Source of the DNA: Candidatus Multivorans sp.
GTDB lineage: Bacteria > Acidobacteriota > Thermoanaerobaculia > Multivoradales > Multivoraceae
Length of the DNA stretch: 64,000 bases
Assembly (NCBI GenBank): GCA_965224025.1
Contig: OZ245033.1
Coordinates: forward strand, 3,552,001 to 3,616,000
Direction of reading: 5' to 3'
Both the position numbers and the translations under genes were made by a program. Shown one piece after another: positions 1 to 11,729 of the stretch. Numbering within the stretch: the stretch's first letter is position 1; every line of letters starts with the position of its first letter. The notes beneath the pieces were generated by a model, which was not told the DNA's origin, ran no database searches, and saw nothing but the letters and a program-made list of their open reading frames with translations.

Positions 1-6
1 GGGAGA

Positions 7-33
7 ATGCGGGCGAGACGCCCGCGTTCCCAG
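7..33 (+). repeat. REP-like palindrome, copy 1
   Basis: ATGCGGGC-GAGAC-GCCCGCG-TTCCCAG; near-identical to 7291-7320. Confidence 0.8.
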
Positions 34-37
34 GGTT

Positions 38-994
38 CTACCGCGGCGCCAGGTCGCGGATCGTCTGCCGCAGATCGTCGCCCGGGTGCTGGAGCGCCAG
101 GGCCGGCGTATGGACACCCGCCTCGATGTACTGCTGGATGCGCTCGCGGCACTTTCCGGGAGAGCCGATAATGAAGATGTCGTGGAGCGCTTCCTCGGGG
201 ATCACCTCGACCGCCTTCTTGCGGTCGCCGGCGGCCCAGGCGTCCCACATCGGCCCGAGCAGCTCGCGGCGGCCGAGCCAGTCGTGGAAGGCGGCGTAGA
301 CAGGGACGTTCAGGTAGGCGGCCATGCCGCGGCGAGCGACGTAGTCGATGATCCCCTTGTCCTCGGTCGGCAGAACGAAGATCCGGGCCGCGATCTCCTT
401 GCCGGGCCCACCCGCGTGGACGTAGGGGACGACGGTCTTCACGTCGTCGGGAGACAGCCAGTTCAGGATCGCGCCGTCCCCCTCGCGACCAGCCATCCTG
501 AGCATGCCCTGCCGCAGCGCCGCGACCAGGATCGGTGGGCATTCCTCAAGTGGCCTCCCCATGCGAAAGCCGCGCACGTTGAAGGTCTCGAACTCCTCGT
601 CGATCCGGTCGCCGGTGAGCGCCTTCTTGAGGAACCGCACCATGTCCCGGGTCTTGTAGTAGGGCCGCTCGAAGGGGATGTCGTTCCAGTTCTCGACGAT
701 CACGTTCGAGGAGGTGCCGATGCCCATGACGAAGCGTCCGGGCGCCGCCTCGGCCATCGCGCCGACCGTCTGGGCCATCAGTGCGGGACCGCGGGTGTAG
801 GCGGGAATGATCGCGACGCCAAGGCGAGCCGTGGGCGCCCAGATCGACGCCTGCACGAGAGGCGTGAAGCCGTCGGTGCCGTTCGATTCAGAGGACCAGA
901 AGTCGGTGTAGCCCAGGTCCACCATCTCCTTGATCAGGTCCTCCTGCTCCGCCAGGGGCAGGCCGAATGGGATCGTCATTCCGTATCGCTGCAT
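38..994 (-). CDS. LLM-class (probably F420-dependent) oxidoreductase
   Basis: LLM motifs GYTDFWSSE, RLGVAIIP, GRFVMGIG, AGREGDG; ATG start chosen at MQRYG. Confidence 0.85.
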   Translation of the reverse strand: MQRYGMTIPFGLPLAEQEDLIKEMVDLGYTDFWSSESNGTDGFTPLVQASIWAPTARLGVAIIPAYTRGPALMAQTVGAMAEAAPGRFVMGIGTSSNVIVENWNDIPFERPYYKTRDMVRFLKKALTGDRIDEEFETFNVRGFRMGRPLEECPPILVAALRQGMLRMAGREGDGAILNWLSPDDVKTVVPYVHAGGPGKEIAARIFVLPTEDKGIIDYVARRGMAAYLNVPVYAAFHDWLGRRELLGPMWDAWAAGDRKKAVEVIPEEALHDIFIIGSPGKCRERIQQYIEAGVHTPALALQHPGDDLRQTIRDLAPR

Positions 995-1110
995 CGTCTG
1001 CAAGCCTCCACAGCGGCGGCCAGGGCCGCAGCTCTAGATGTTCCGGTTCGGGGTTGTCGAGCCCGGATTGTAAGGCAGAGCGGCAGCCTGGCCGCGGGGC
1101 GTCCCCGCTT

Positions 1111-1143
1111 CCCGGGAACGCTGGCATCCCTGCCCGCATCCGG
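1111..1143 (-). repeat. REP-like palindrome, degenerate copy
   Basis: Reverse complement reads CCGGATGCGGGCAGGGATGCCAGCGTTCCCGGG. Confidence 0.65.
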
Positions 1144-1223
1144 CGCGGATCGACAATAGACCGGCTCTCCTATACTGACCGCCCTCGCACGCCGCAACAC
1201 GAACCGCCTGGAGACCTCGCGCC

Positions 1224-2354
1224 ATGGGACCACTCGACGGCTACCGCATTCTCGAAATCGCCGGCATCGGACCCGGCCCCTTCTGCGCCATGGTGCTCTC
1301 CGATCTGGGCGCCGAGATCGTCCGTATCGACCGGAAAGCGTATGCCGGACGCGGCTCCAAGTTCGACGTGCTGAACCGAGGGCGGCGCTCCCTGGGCATG
1401 GACCTCAAGCGACCGGAAGCGGTCGAGGCGGTGCTCGACATGGTGGAACGGGCGGACGGCTTGATCGAGGGTTTCCGTCCGGGCGTCATGGAGCGGCTGG
1501 GACTAGGCCCGGACGTGTGCCTTGAGCGGAACCCCAAGCTCGTCTTCGGACGGATGACCGGTTGGGGGCAGAACGGCACGATCGCTCATGCCGCGGGCCA
1601 CGACATCAACTACATCGCCCTCTCAGGGGTACTGCATTCGATCGGCAACAACGGCGGCAAGCCGGTGCCGCCGATCAACCTGGTAGGCGACTTCGGCGGC
1701 GGCGGCATGCTGCTCGCCCTGGGCGTGGTCGCGGGCCTGCTCGAGGCCCAGAAGTCCGGCAAGGGCCAGGTCGTGGACGCCGCGATGACGGACGGCTCGG
1801 CGCTGCTTCTCGCCGCCGTCATCGGCATGCGCGGCGCCGGCGTGTGGAAGGACGACCGGGGATCGAATCTGCTCGACAGTGGTTCTCATTTCTACGACAC
1901 CTACGAATGCGCCGACGGAAAGTACGTCTCGGTCGGCTCGCTCGAGCCGCGGTTCTACGCCCTGCTGCGCGAAAAGGCGGAGTTGACCGGCAACGAGTGG
2001 GACGACCACATCGTGAACCGCGACCGCTGGCCCGACCTCTCCGCCAGGCTGGCCGAAGTGTTCCGCACCAGGACCCGCGACGAGTGGTGCCAGATCATGG
2101 AGGGCAGCGATGTGTGCTTCGCGCCGGTACTCACCATTGGCGAGGCGATCGAGCATCCGCACAACCGGTCCCGCCGGACGTTCGTGGAGGTCGACGGCGT
2201 GCCGCAGCCGGCGCCGGCACCCCGTTTCAGCCGCACGGAGGTGGCGGTCCAGGGGCCGCCGCCCAAGGCCGGCGAGCACAGCGACGCCGTGCTGGCGGAC
2301 TGGGGGTTCAGCGGGGAGAGAATCGACGGTCTGCGCGCGGCGGGAGCGATCTGA
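1224..2354 (+). CDS. CaiB/BaiF family III CoA-transferase, alpha-methylacyl-CoA racemase-like
   Basis: [30 protein letters not shown] and [10 protein letters not shown] motifs. Confidence 0.92.
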   Translation: MGPLDGYRILEIAGIGPGPFCAMVLSDLGAEIVRIDRKAYAGRGSKFDVLNRGRRSLGMDLKRPEAVEAVLDMVERADGLIEGFRPGVMERLGLGPDVCLERNPKLVFGRMTGWGQNGTIAHAAGHDINYIALSGVLHSIGNNGGKPVPPINLVGDFGGGGMLLALGVVAGLLEAQKSGKGQVVDAAMTDGSALLLAAVIGMRGAGVWKDDRGSNLLDSGSHFYDTYECADGKYVSVGSLEPRFYALLREKAELTGNEWDDHIVNRDRWPDLSARLAEVFRTRTRDEWCQIMEGSDVCFAPVLTIGEAIEHPHNRSRRTFVEVDGVPQPAPAPRFSRTEVAVQGPPPKAGEHSDAVLADWGFSGERIDGLRAAGAI

Positions 2355-2358
2355 GGAG

Positions 2359-3906
<1,548 letters not shown>

Positions 3907-3955
3907 GTCCGTGACCATGAAGGACCGAGAGACTCGACCATTTCGCGGGCGAGTC

Positions 3956-4291
3956 ATGCCCGCCGTAACCCCCAACGTCCTCGACCGCATGGTCCGCGCC
4001 ATCGTCGACGAAGTGGACCCCGAACAGGTCATCCTGTTCGGTTCCCGCGCACGCGGCGAGGCACGGGACACGTCGGACATCGACCTGCTCGTGATCGAGG
4101 GGGAACCGTTCGGACCCGGGCGGAGCAGGCACAAGGAGATGAACCGGCTCTATCGGGCGCTGAGGGAGTTCCGGCCGCCGACGGACGTGCTCGTCTTCTC
4201 CCGTGCGGATGTCGAGTACTGGCGGGACTCGCTGAACCATGTCCTGGCGCGGGCGCTGCGGGAGGGGAAAGTGCTCTATGAGCGACCCTAA
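3956..4291 (+). CDS. Minimal nucleotidyltransferase (MNT antitoxin)
   Basis: VILFGSRARG...SDIDLLVI (GSX10DXD); overlaps the downstream HEPN gene; alternative start at 3917. Confidence 0.9.
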   Translation: MPAVTPNVLDRMVRAIVDEVDPEQVILFGSRARGEARDTSDIDLLVIEGEPFGPGRSRHKEMNRLYRALREFRPPTDVLVFSRADVEYWRDSLNHVLARALREGKVLYERP

Positions 4292-4694
4292 GTGCGCGCG
4301 GATGATGCTCGACTCGGCCGCGAAGGACCTGCGGTCCATGCGGCTTCTGGAAGATGAAGGGCCGGAGGAGTCGTTCGGCTTCCACCTGCAGCAAGCCGGG
4401 GAGAAAGCGCTCAAGGCATGGATCGCGATCCCGGGCGGACTGTACGAGTTGACCCACAGCCTTGAGACGCTGCTTGACCAGCTCGAGAAGTGCGGCGCCG
4501 ATGAGGCTGACGTCGAGCGCTTCCTCGGCATCGCCGGCTTCACGCCCTACGCGGTGGAGTTCCGCTACTTGGGAGTGGATGAGGATACGGAACCGATCGA
4601 CCGGGCCAGCGCCATCGCTCTGGCAACCGAGCTGCTCGATCACGTGCGAGCCGACCTCGCGGCGGTCGAGGAGAAGCGTTCGGGCGACGGCTGA
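4278..4694 (+). CDS. HEPN domain protein (HEPN-MNT toxin-antitoxin partner)
   Basis: FHLQQAGEKALKA, THSLETL and YAVEFRY HEPN signatures. Confidence 0.88.
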   Translation: MSDPKCARMMLDSAAKDLRSMRLLEDEGPEESFGFHLQQAGEKALKAWIAIPGGLYELTHSLETLLDQLEKCGADEADVERFLGIAGFTPYAVEFRYLGVDEDTEPIDRASAIALATELLDHVRADLAAVEEKRSGDG

Positions 4695-4732
4695 AGCGGA
4701 GCGGTTCTCTCCACACCGCTGAGTCCTCGCCT

Positions 4733-7216
4733 TCAGCCGGCAGTTCTAACGTTCTCCACCGCCCGCCCGATCCCTCCCGCGACGCTCTCTATCTCGTCGA
4801 GCGCGGCGCCAGCCGGCCCGTTGGGCGCGCACTCCAGCAGCGAGGCCATCCATCGCAGGTCCTCCGCGTACTCTCGCAGCCTCCGCCGGTAACCCTTGCG
4901 GTTCTTCGTGCAGACCAGGGTGTAGGGGCTGCCGCGCCGCTCCGTCACGTGATCGATGTCGAGCTCGTAGCCGTCGATCGTTCGGTGAAGGTGCTTCCGC
5001 CGGTCCTTCCGCACGCTGAACCGCCCGACCTGTTCCTCGGGATCCCGGCAGAAGGCGCGCAGCCGGGAGCAGTCCTCGCAATCGCACGGAATCTCCGCGG
5101 CGATGGTCCAGTCCCCGGGCTCGGCGGGAATGCCGGAACTGCGCGCCAACAGGAAGTCGGCGGCCTGCCTCCACAGCAGCGCATAGACCGGGGACCGGGC
5201 GAGCGCCTCGTCCTCGTGCATTCCCTCGAGTGCCGCCGGGAGCATGCGGCCCGGGGTCACGATCTTCGGATGGTCGCCGACGGCCCAGGCGGCCGACATG
5301 GCCACTTCGGCGAGATCGAGGGGCCGCGCCAGCAGGAAGAGGTCGCGCACCGCCTCGTCGTCGATCCACTCTCGCGGCGGTTTGTCCCCCACCTCGTCGT
5401 CGATCCCTGTCCACAGCCGCGTGCGCGCCCAATACCGGTCGAGCAGCGTCGATCCGCGGGCGTCCCGGTCGGCGCGCGCCTCGACCTGCCGCTTGAGTGC
5501 GGCTTCGAGACCGGTCAGGGCGGCGCCGACGGACTTGTGAAGCACGTCGCGCCAGGCGACGTCATCGGTCAGGTCGGCAACCTCCTCCGCGAGTGCAAGC
5601 AGATCGACGACGCAACCGGGACGGCGCGGCAACTGCTTCTCCACCAGGCCGACAAGGAACTCGCCCGTCTCTTCGGCGCCGATCAGGGGCATGACCTCCG
5701 CGAACGCTTCGTTCTCGCTGCCGTCGTACTCCGCCATCACGGCGCGCCGCAGGAAACCGACGGCGAGATCGGCCGCATCGGCGGCGGCGAGCAAACGGAG
5801 CATCGCGCCGCGGTCCTGCGGTCGATAGTCGTCGCTGTCGACCGGCCAGATCTCGACGAGCCTGATCAGAAACCGCCGGGCGCCGTCCGGTGCGCGTTCG
5901 CTTTCAGCCGCGACGCGAGTCGCCGCCCAGGCCACGGCGCCGTCGATGCCGGCGCCGGCGCCGGCGCCGGCGAGGATGTCCACGGTCTTTTCCCGGGGCC
6001 AGACGACCAGCGCCGCCAGCCGGTAGATCAGCTCCAAGGTCGGGCCATCGTTGCCCGTGGAGCCTTCCAGGCGGCGGTCGTCCGGTTCGGCGTCGGCAAG
6101 GGCGTCCCGGGGCAGAAGCTCCCGGTCGTTCACCGGGACCTCGCCCAAGCGCGGCTGGCTGCCGTCGCGAGCCGCCCATGAGTCCAGGGCCTCCCACCGG
6201 TCGAAGACCTCGTCCATCGTGGCGTCGTCCTCTTCGTCGTCCTCCCAGTCCCAACCCCATCGGTCGTAGCCCGGGTAGAACTCGGGGACGCCGTGCTCCT
6301 CGATCCGAAGTACGGCGGCGTACAGCTCGCAGTCCGCGAGATCCGCGGCGGCCCCGAGCACCTTGGCCACGGCCGCATCCGTGTTCTTCAGCGTGCCGAA
6401 CGACAGGCCCTCTTCGCTGTACTCGTGTTCGAGAAGCCACACGAGCTTGTCGGCGCCGCCCTCCTCGGCTCCGCCCTCGCCCTGCCACCTCCTAAGGCAT
6501 TCCGCGACCGGTGTCGCCAGGTCCGTGTAGTCGGGCGCGCCCATACCGGCCTCGGCGGAGTCCAGGCGCAGGCTGAAGACGAGAGACACGCGATGCCCTT
6601 CGGCGACGGGCCGCACTTCGTGCAGGCAATCCGCATAGAAGGCCGCGAAGGCCACTTCGGAGGGCTCGCGCGCGGTCATGTCGAAGGCGGTCTCCCTGTC
6701 GCCGTGACGCACCACGATCTCGCCGCCTGCCCCGGTCGTCGGCAACGACAGCGAGAGAGTCGCCACCATGCCGGAGACCTTCTCGGTGTCGCGGTGCTCG
6801 TCGAAGAAGCCTCCGGGCCGGTAGACGAGCAGCTTGTAGAGGTCAGCGCCGAGTCGCTCGACGGGCAGCCCGAGCCCTTCCGCGACGAGGGCCATGATCT
6901 TCGCAAGCGAATCCGGCCACGCTCGGCCGAGCAGTCGAACCTTTCGAGCGTCGATCTGCCAGCTATCCCGGACCGAAGTGTCCACGACAGTGCGCGTGCC
7001 CTTGCCGTACGGAGCGCGCTCCGCTGCACCGATCAGGGCGTCGATCTGGACGCGGGAGACAGGGAAGGACAGGTCTCCCACGCCGTCCACCACGACGCGC
7101 GGCATGGCCAAATGCAGCCGCCCACCGACGCAGTAGTCGCCGGGGCGGTCCACGGACCGCAGGAGGTCTTCGAGCCGCTCGTGCTGCTCGCCGTACTCGA
7201 TGCTCTGAATGCCCAT
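4733..7216 (-). CDS. Large 2OG-Fe(II) oxygenase family protein
   Basis: LYKLLVYRPGGFFDEHRDTEK (HxD), FYADCLHEVRPV..GHRVSLVF (distal H and R); C-terminal CDCEDC; start uncertain (7216 or 7228). Confidence 0.85.
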   Translation of the reverse strand: MGIQSIEYGEQHERLEDLLRSVDRPGDYCVGGRLHLAMPRVVVDGVGDLSFPVSRVQIDALIGAAERAPYGKGTRTVVDTSVRDSWQIDARKVRLLGRAWPDSLAKIMALVAEGLGLPVERLGADLYKLLVYRPGGFFDEHRDTEKVSGMVATLSLSLPTTGAGGEIVVRHGDRETAFDMTAREPSEVAFAAFYADCLHEVRPVAEGHRVSLVFSLRLDSAEAGMGAPDYTDLATPVAECLRRWQGEGGAEEGGADKLVWLLEHEYSEEGLSFGTLKNTDAAVAKVLGAAADLADCELYAAVLRIEEHGVPEFYPGYDRWGWDWEDDEEDDATMDEVFDRWEALDSWAARDGSQPRLGEVPVNDRELLPRDALADAEPDDRRLEGSTGNDGPTLELIYRLAALVVWPREKTVDILAGAGAGAGIDGAVAWAATRVAAESERAPDGARRFLIRLVEIWPVDSDDYRPQDRGAMLRLLAAADAADLAVGFLRRAVMAEYDGSENEAFAEVMPLIGAEETGEFLVGLVEKQLPRRPGCVVDLLALAEEVADLTDDVAWRDVLHKSVGAALTGLEAALKRQVEARADRDARGSTLLDRYWARTRLWTGIDDEVGDKPPREWIDDEAVRDLFLLARPLDLAEVAMSAAWAVGDHPKIVTPGRMLPAALEGMHEDEALARSPVYALLWRQAADFLLARSSGIPAEPGDWTIAAEIPCDCEDCSRLRAFCRDPEEQVGRFSVRKDRRKHLHRTIDGYELDIDHVTERRGSPYTLVCTKNRKGYRRRLREYAEDLRWMASLLECAPNGPAGAALDEIESVAGGIGRAVENVRTAG

Positions 7217-7290
7217 TTCTCTGTTCAAGCACGATTCAGAGTGGCCGACCCGGCCGGTGCAGAACCGTTCCGAAGTCCGCTGCCCCGCGT

Positions 7291-7320
7291 CGGATGCGGG
7301 CGAAACGCCCGCGTTCCCAG
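7291..7320 (+). repeat. REP-like palindrome
   Basis: CGGATGCGGGCG-AAA-CGCCCGCG-TTCCCAG. Confidence 0.8.
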
Positions 7321-7409
7321 GGCCGGAACGACGTACCGTCTTGCTTCACAAGGTCCCGCGCAGGCAACTTCCATCTGAACGACCTTCGCAGACATGTCCC
7401 GAGGCCCCA

Positions 7410-9326
7410 TCAGCGATTGGGGAGATCGAGTGCGATTGCTTCCAGCAGCCGCGGGACGTAGTTACGGAACCGGCGGTCAAGACCTTCCCGCTCACTCGGC
7501 AGAGCGGCCAGCCGATCCCTCCACGCCTGCTCGTTCGGCGCGCCCAGCACCGCCGGGTCGAGGTAGTCCAGCGCGTTCAGGGCCAGCAGAGCATCGAAGA
7601 AGTCGTTTTCCTCGATCGAGGCCGAGTCCAGCAGGAGTTCGACGACGGGCGCCCGGTCCGTCTCCTCTCCGAAGCGTCCCAGCGCCTCGGCGGCATGGAT
7701 GCGGACGGGCGCCGACGGGTCCCGGAGCGCGGCGCGGAGTTCGGCGAGCGACGCCTGCACGGCCCGGTCGCCGCGGGCTCGCAGTCCAACGGCGGCCCAG
7801 GCGCGGACCGCGGAGTCCGGGTCGCCGAGCAGCCTCTTGAGGCGGTCCGTGGCCGCGTCGTCCCACGACGAACGGTCGGAAGCCAGCTCCGCGGCGGCCA
7901 GCACCCGTTCCACCTGGTAGCCGCCCTGGCCGTAGGCCCACGGTACGGCGCCCATCGCCGCCGCGCGCCGGTGCATTTCGCCTTCGGGCAGAAAGCCGAG
8001 GTCGCGAACTGTCAGGAGTTGCCGGCGCAGGATTCCGGCGAGCCGTTCCCGTTTGGCCTCGTGCTCCGGTGAGTCCGCCAGGTTGTGGACCTGGTCCGGA
8101 TCGTTGTCGAGGTCGTATAGCTCCTCGCTCGGTTTCTCACGCCAGAAAGCCGCTTGGACCTCGTTGAGCTTTCCCTCCTGGAAGAGGCGCAGCCAGACCT
8201 GGGTGGTCGGCGTCTCCATCTGGTACGAAAGACGCTGGCCGTAGGGGCGATCGATCACGAAGTTGCGGGCGTAGACGTAACGCTTGTCCCGCACGCTACG
8301 CACCATGTCGTAGCGCTCGTCCATCCGGTCGGAGAAGCCGAAGACGGCCTCGTTCGGCGCCCCCTCGTAGGCGCCCAGGAAGGCCCGGCCCTGCAGGTGC
8401 GGCGGCGGCTCGATGCCGGCCAGGCTCAGCATCGTCGGCGCGAAGTCGATGAATCCGACCAGGCGGTCCGAGCTGCCGCCGGGCTCGTACTCCGCCGGCG
8501 CCAGGTGGCGGTACTTCGTAGGGATAGAGACGATAAGTGGCACATGGAGACCGGTCTGGAGCGCGGCGCGCTTGCCGCGGGGCAGGCCGGGGCCGTGGTC
8601 GCCCCAGTAGAAGATGATCGTGTCGTCGGCCAGGCCGGCCGCCTCCAGCTCGGCCAGGCGCTCGCCGACCAGCGCATCCATCTCGGTCAGCTTGTCGTAG
8701 TACTGGGCCCAGTCCTGCCTGACCTCGGGCGTGTCCGGGTGGTAGGCCGGAACTCTCACCGCAGCCGGATCGTGGACCGGCGTGTGGGGGCGCCGCCGGA
8801 TCTGGCTCTCATGGCTGACGGTGAAGTTGAAGACGGCGAAGAAGGGAGCGCCTTCGGGACGGTTCCGCCAGTGCGCCTCGCGGGACGACTCGTGCCACAC
8901 GGGATCCTCGCCTCGGGGGCCCTGGCCGCCGGGCTTCTCGAGGTTGTAGTCCTCCTTGGCGTTGTTCGTCACGTAGTAGCCGGCTTCCCGCAGGTACTGG
9001 GGGAAGAAGCGGAAGCCCGCCGGCAGCCGGGATCGACTGCGCATGTGATGGGCGCCCGTGGACGCCGGGTAGAGACCGCTGATGATCGTGGTGCGGGCCG
9101 GCGCGCACACCGGGACCGTCGACCAGGCATTGCGGTAGATCAGGCCGCGGGCCGCGAGCGCGTCGAGGTTCGGGGTCGTGGCGTAGTCGTCGCCGTAGGC
9201 GCCCAGGTGCGGACCGTTGTCCTCGCTGGAGACCCAGAGGATGTTGGGGGGTGGCAGGTCCGCGGCCGGCGGCTGTGCGGCTACTGGCGTGACAAGAAGC
9301 GCAAGGGCGGCGAATCCACGGAGCAC
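7410..9326 (-). CDS. Secreted sulfatase with C-terminal HEAT repeats
   Basis: Signal peptide; PNILW, CAPAR (CxPxR), GDHG, EELYDL; HEAT-like units DPDSAVR and DPSAPVR. Confidence 0.9.
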   Translation of the reverse strand: MLRGFAALALLVTPVAAQPPAADLPPPNILWVSSEDNGPHLGAYGDDYATTPNLDALAARGLIYRNAWSTVPVCAPARTTIISGLYPASTGAHHMRSRSRLPAGFRFFPQYLREAGYYVTNNAKEDYNLEKPGGQGPRGEDPVWHESSREAHWRNRPEGAPFFAVFNFTVSHESQIRRRPHTPVHDPAAVRVPAYHPDTPEVRQDWAQYYDKLTEMDALVGERLAELEAAGLADDTIIFYWGDHGPGLPRGKRAALQTGLHVPLIVSIPTKYRHLAPAEYEPGGSSDRLVGFIDFAPTMLSLAGIEPPPHLQGRAFLGAYEGAPNEAVFGFSDRMDERYDMVRSVRDKRYVYARNFVIDRPYGQRLSYQMETPTTQVWLRLFQEGKLNEVQAAFWREKPSEELYDLDNDPDQVHNLADSPEHEAKRERLAGILRRQLLTVRDLGFLPEGEMHRRAAAMGAVPWAYGQGGYQVERVLAAAELASDRSSWDDAATDRLKRLLGDPDSAVRAWAAVGLRARGDRAVQASLAELRAALRDPSAPVRIHAAEALGRFGEETDRAPVVELLLDSASIEENDFFDALLALNALDYLDPAVLGAPNEQAWRDRLAALPSEREGLDRRFRNYVPRLLEAIALDLPNR

Positions 9327-9328
9327 GG

Positions 9329-10543
9329 CTACACCACCCGCTCGGCGCGGAATGCAGCGATCTCGTCGCTGCTGTAGCCGAGGTCGCCCAGGAGTTCGTC
9401 CGTATGCTCCCCGAGGGTCGGCGCCCGGTGGCGGATGGTCGCCGGCGTCTCCGTGAGCCGCACTGAGGGCCGGGCCACGGGGGCCGGCCGCGCCATGCCC
9501 GGGTAGTTCAGATCGACGAAGGACTCGACCTCGGCGATGTGAGGGTCATCCAGCGTTTGCTGCATCGAGTAGGCAGGCGCCGAGGGGATCATCGCCGCAT
9601 TCAGCGCATCGACGGCTTCGGCCGTCGACCGCGAGCCGCACCAGGCATTCATCCGCTCGCCGATCGGCCCGGCGTTTTCGCCGCGTGCCAGGTCGTCGGC
9701 GAAGCGGGGATCGTTCAACCAGTCGATCTCCTCGCTGGCCGTGCCCGCGCCGTTGTCGGCGCCCATCAGCTCCACCCAGCGCTTGAACAGGGGCTCGCCG
9801 ATCACCGAGCACAGCACCCAACCGTCGGCGGTCCGGTAGAGATCGGATGGCGCCGAGGTCTGTCCCCGGTTGCCCGTCGGCTGGCGGTCCCGCTGGATGA
9901 CCGCCTGCTCGATCAGGTTGCTGTTGCCCATCATCAGCGCCGTCTTGAGCAGCGCGCCCTCGACCATCTGGCCCTTGCCGGTCTGCTGCCGGGCCATCAG
10001 CGCCGCCAGCGTGCCGTAGGCGCAGGAGAGGGCGGTCCCGAAGTCGACGAACGGCGCCGCGGCGCGCCGTGGCCGATCCGGATCGCCGGTCATGTACGCG
10101 ATCCCCGACATCACCTGACCGATGCCGTCGAAGCCCACGCGATCGCTGTAGGGCCCGCCTCGACCGTACGCGGACACCGTGGTGAGGATGATGTCCTCCT
10201 TGACCTCCCGGAGGCTTTCCAGGTCGAGCCCCATCGCCTCAAGCGTCGCCGGCGGCAGGTTCGCGACCACGACGTCGGCGGTCGCAACGAGCTTGCGGAC
10301 GATCTCGCGGCCGTCCGGCTTCATTGGATTGAGCGTCATGGACCGCTTGTTCCGGTTCATCTGCAGGAACATGCCACCCTCGCCGGTAGGCGTCACCGGC
10401 GCGATGAAGCGGTCCTCGCTGCCTCGCACCTTCTCGATGCGGATCACGTCGGCGCCGAGATCACCGAGCAGGGCGGCACAGAAGGGGCCGGCGATGTAGC
10501 GGCCGAAGTCCAGAACGCGAACGCCGGCGAGCACCTGATGCAT
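9329..10543 (-). CDS. CaiB/BaiF family III CoA-transferase
   Basis: VRVLDFGRYIAGPF, NRNKRS, GFDGIGQ, APTLGEHT. Confidence 0.92.
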   Translation of the reverse strand: MHQVLAGVRVLDFGRYIAGPFCAALLGDLGADVIRIEKVRGSEDRFIAPVTPTGEGGMFLQMNRNKRSMTLNPMKPDGREIVRKLVATADVVVANLPPATLEAMGLDLESLREVKEDIILTTVSAYGRGGPYSDRVGFDGIGQVMSGIAYMTGDPDRPRRAAAPFVDFGTALSCAYGTLAALMARQQTGKGQMVEGALLKTALMMGNSNLIEQAVIQRDRQPTGNRGQTSAPSDLYRTADGWVLCSVIGEPLFKRWVELMGADNGAGTASEEIDWLNDPRFADDLARGENAGPIGERMNAWCGSRSTAEAVDALNAAMIPSAPAYSMQQTLDDPHIAEVESFVDLNYPGMARPAPVARPSVRLTETPATIRHRAPTLGEHTDELLGDLGYSSDEIAAFRAERVV

Positions 10544-10675
10544 GGAGACTCCCTGGGTCTGGAAGGCTGATCACCGAGGCCGGAAGGCCGGGATCGTAGC
10601 AAGGCCCAGGCTCCTCTATACTCGCGCGCCACCCTCGAACGCGACACCCACGCAACAACGTGCCTGGAGAAAGAG

Positions 10676-11683
10676 ATGAAGGTTGACGGCGGACTCCCCA
10701 CCGATCTGCGAGAAGTCCCGACCCGCATACGTGAACTCGAAGATGCCGGCTTCGCGGCCGCGATGACCGCGGAGACGGCACACGACCCGTTCTTCCCGCT
10801 GCTGCTCGCCGCGGAACACAGCGAGCGGATCGAGCTGATGACCTCGATCGCGGTCGCGTTCGCCCGCAGTCCGATGACCCTGGCCAACGTCGGCCACGAC
10901 CTGAACGCCTACTCCAGGGGGCGTTTGATCCTCGGCCTGGGGTCCCAGATCCGGCCCCACATCACCAAGCGTTTCAGCATGCCCTGGTCGAGCCCGGCCA
11001 AGCGGATGAGGGAGATGATCCTGGCGATGCGGGCGATCTGGAAGAACTGGTACGACGGCGAGCGGCTCCGCTTCCAGGGCGAGTTCTACTCCCACACCCT
11101 GATGACGCCGATGTTCACGCCGACGAACACCGAGTACGGACCTCCCAAGGTCTTCCTGGCCGCGGTCGGGCCGCTGATGACGGAGGTCGCGGGCGAAGTG
11201 GCGGATGGCCTGATCGTTCACCCGTTCACGACCCAGTCCTACATGCGCGATACGACCCTGCCGGCGATCGAGCGCGGTCTGGCAACCGCCGGCCGCGACC
11301 GTTCCGACTTCCAGATCACCTACCCCGGCTTCATCGTTTCCGGCCACGACGAGAAGACGTTCGAGGCCACGAAGCGGGCGGTAAAGAAGCAGATCTCCTT
11401 CTACGGTTCGACCCCCGCCTACCGTCCGGTGCTCGAATCCGAGGGCTGGGGCGAGCTGCAACTCGAACTGAACCGGATGTCCAAGCAGGGCCAGTGGGAC
11501 GAGATGGGCCTTCTCATCACCGACGAAATGCTTGACGCCTTCGCGGTGGTCGGCGAACCGGACGGCATCGCCTCGGCCGTCCTCGCGCGCTACGGCGACG
11601 TCGTGGACCGCATCAGCCCCAGCCTCCGCTTCCTCGACGATCGAACGCAACGCGACGTGATCGCCGCCCTGTCGGCGAACTGA
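10676..11683 (+). CDS. F420-dependent LLM oxidoreductase (TIGR03617-like)
   Basis: AETAHDPF, IAVAFARSPM, LGLGSQIRPHI, FYGSTPAY. Confidence 0.88.
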   Translation: MKVDGGLPTDLREVPTRIRELEDAGFAAAMTAETAHDPFFPLLLAAEHSERIELMTSIAVAFARSPMTLANVGHDLNAYSRGRLILGLGSQIRPHITKRFSMPWSSPAKRMREMILAMRAIWKNWYDGERLRFQGEFYSHTLMTPMFTPTNTEYGPPKVFLAAVGPLMTEVAGEVADGLIVHPFTTQSYMRDTTLPAIERGLATAGRDRSDFQITYPGFIVSGHDEKTFEATKRAVKKQISFYGSTPAYRPVLESEGWGELQLELNRMSKQGQWDEMGLLITDEMLDAFAVVGEPDGIASAVLARYGDVVDRISPSLRFLDDRTQRDVIAALSAN

Positions 11684-11729
11684 ATCGAAGCCACCGCTCG
11701 AACGACACGCTCAACAGGAGTTGCACGCG

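Noticed and set aside
5947-5972. GCCGGC hexamer run (GAGAGAG) in the oxygenase gene
   Set aside because: Short in-frame low-complexity linker; unit changes would not shift the frame
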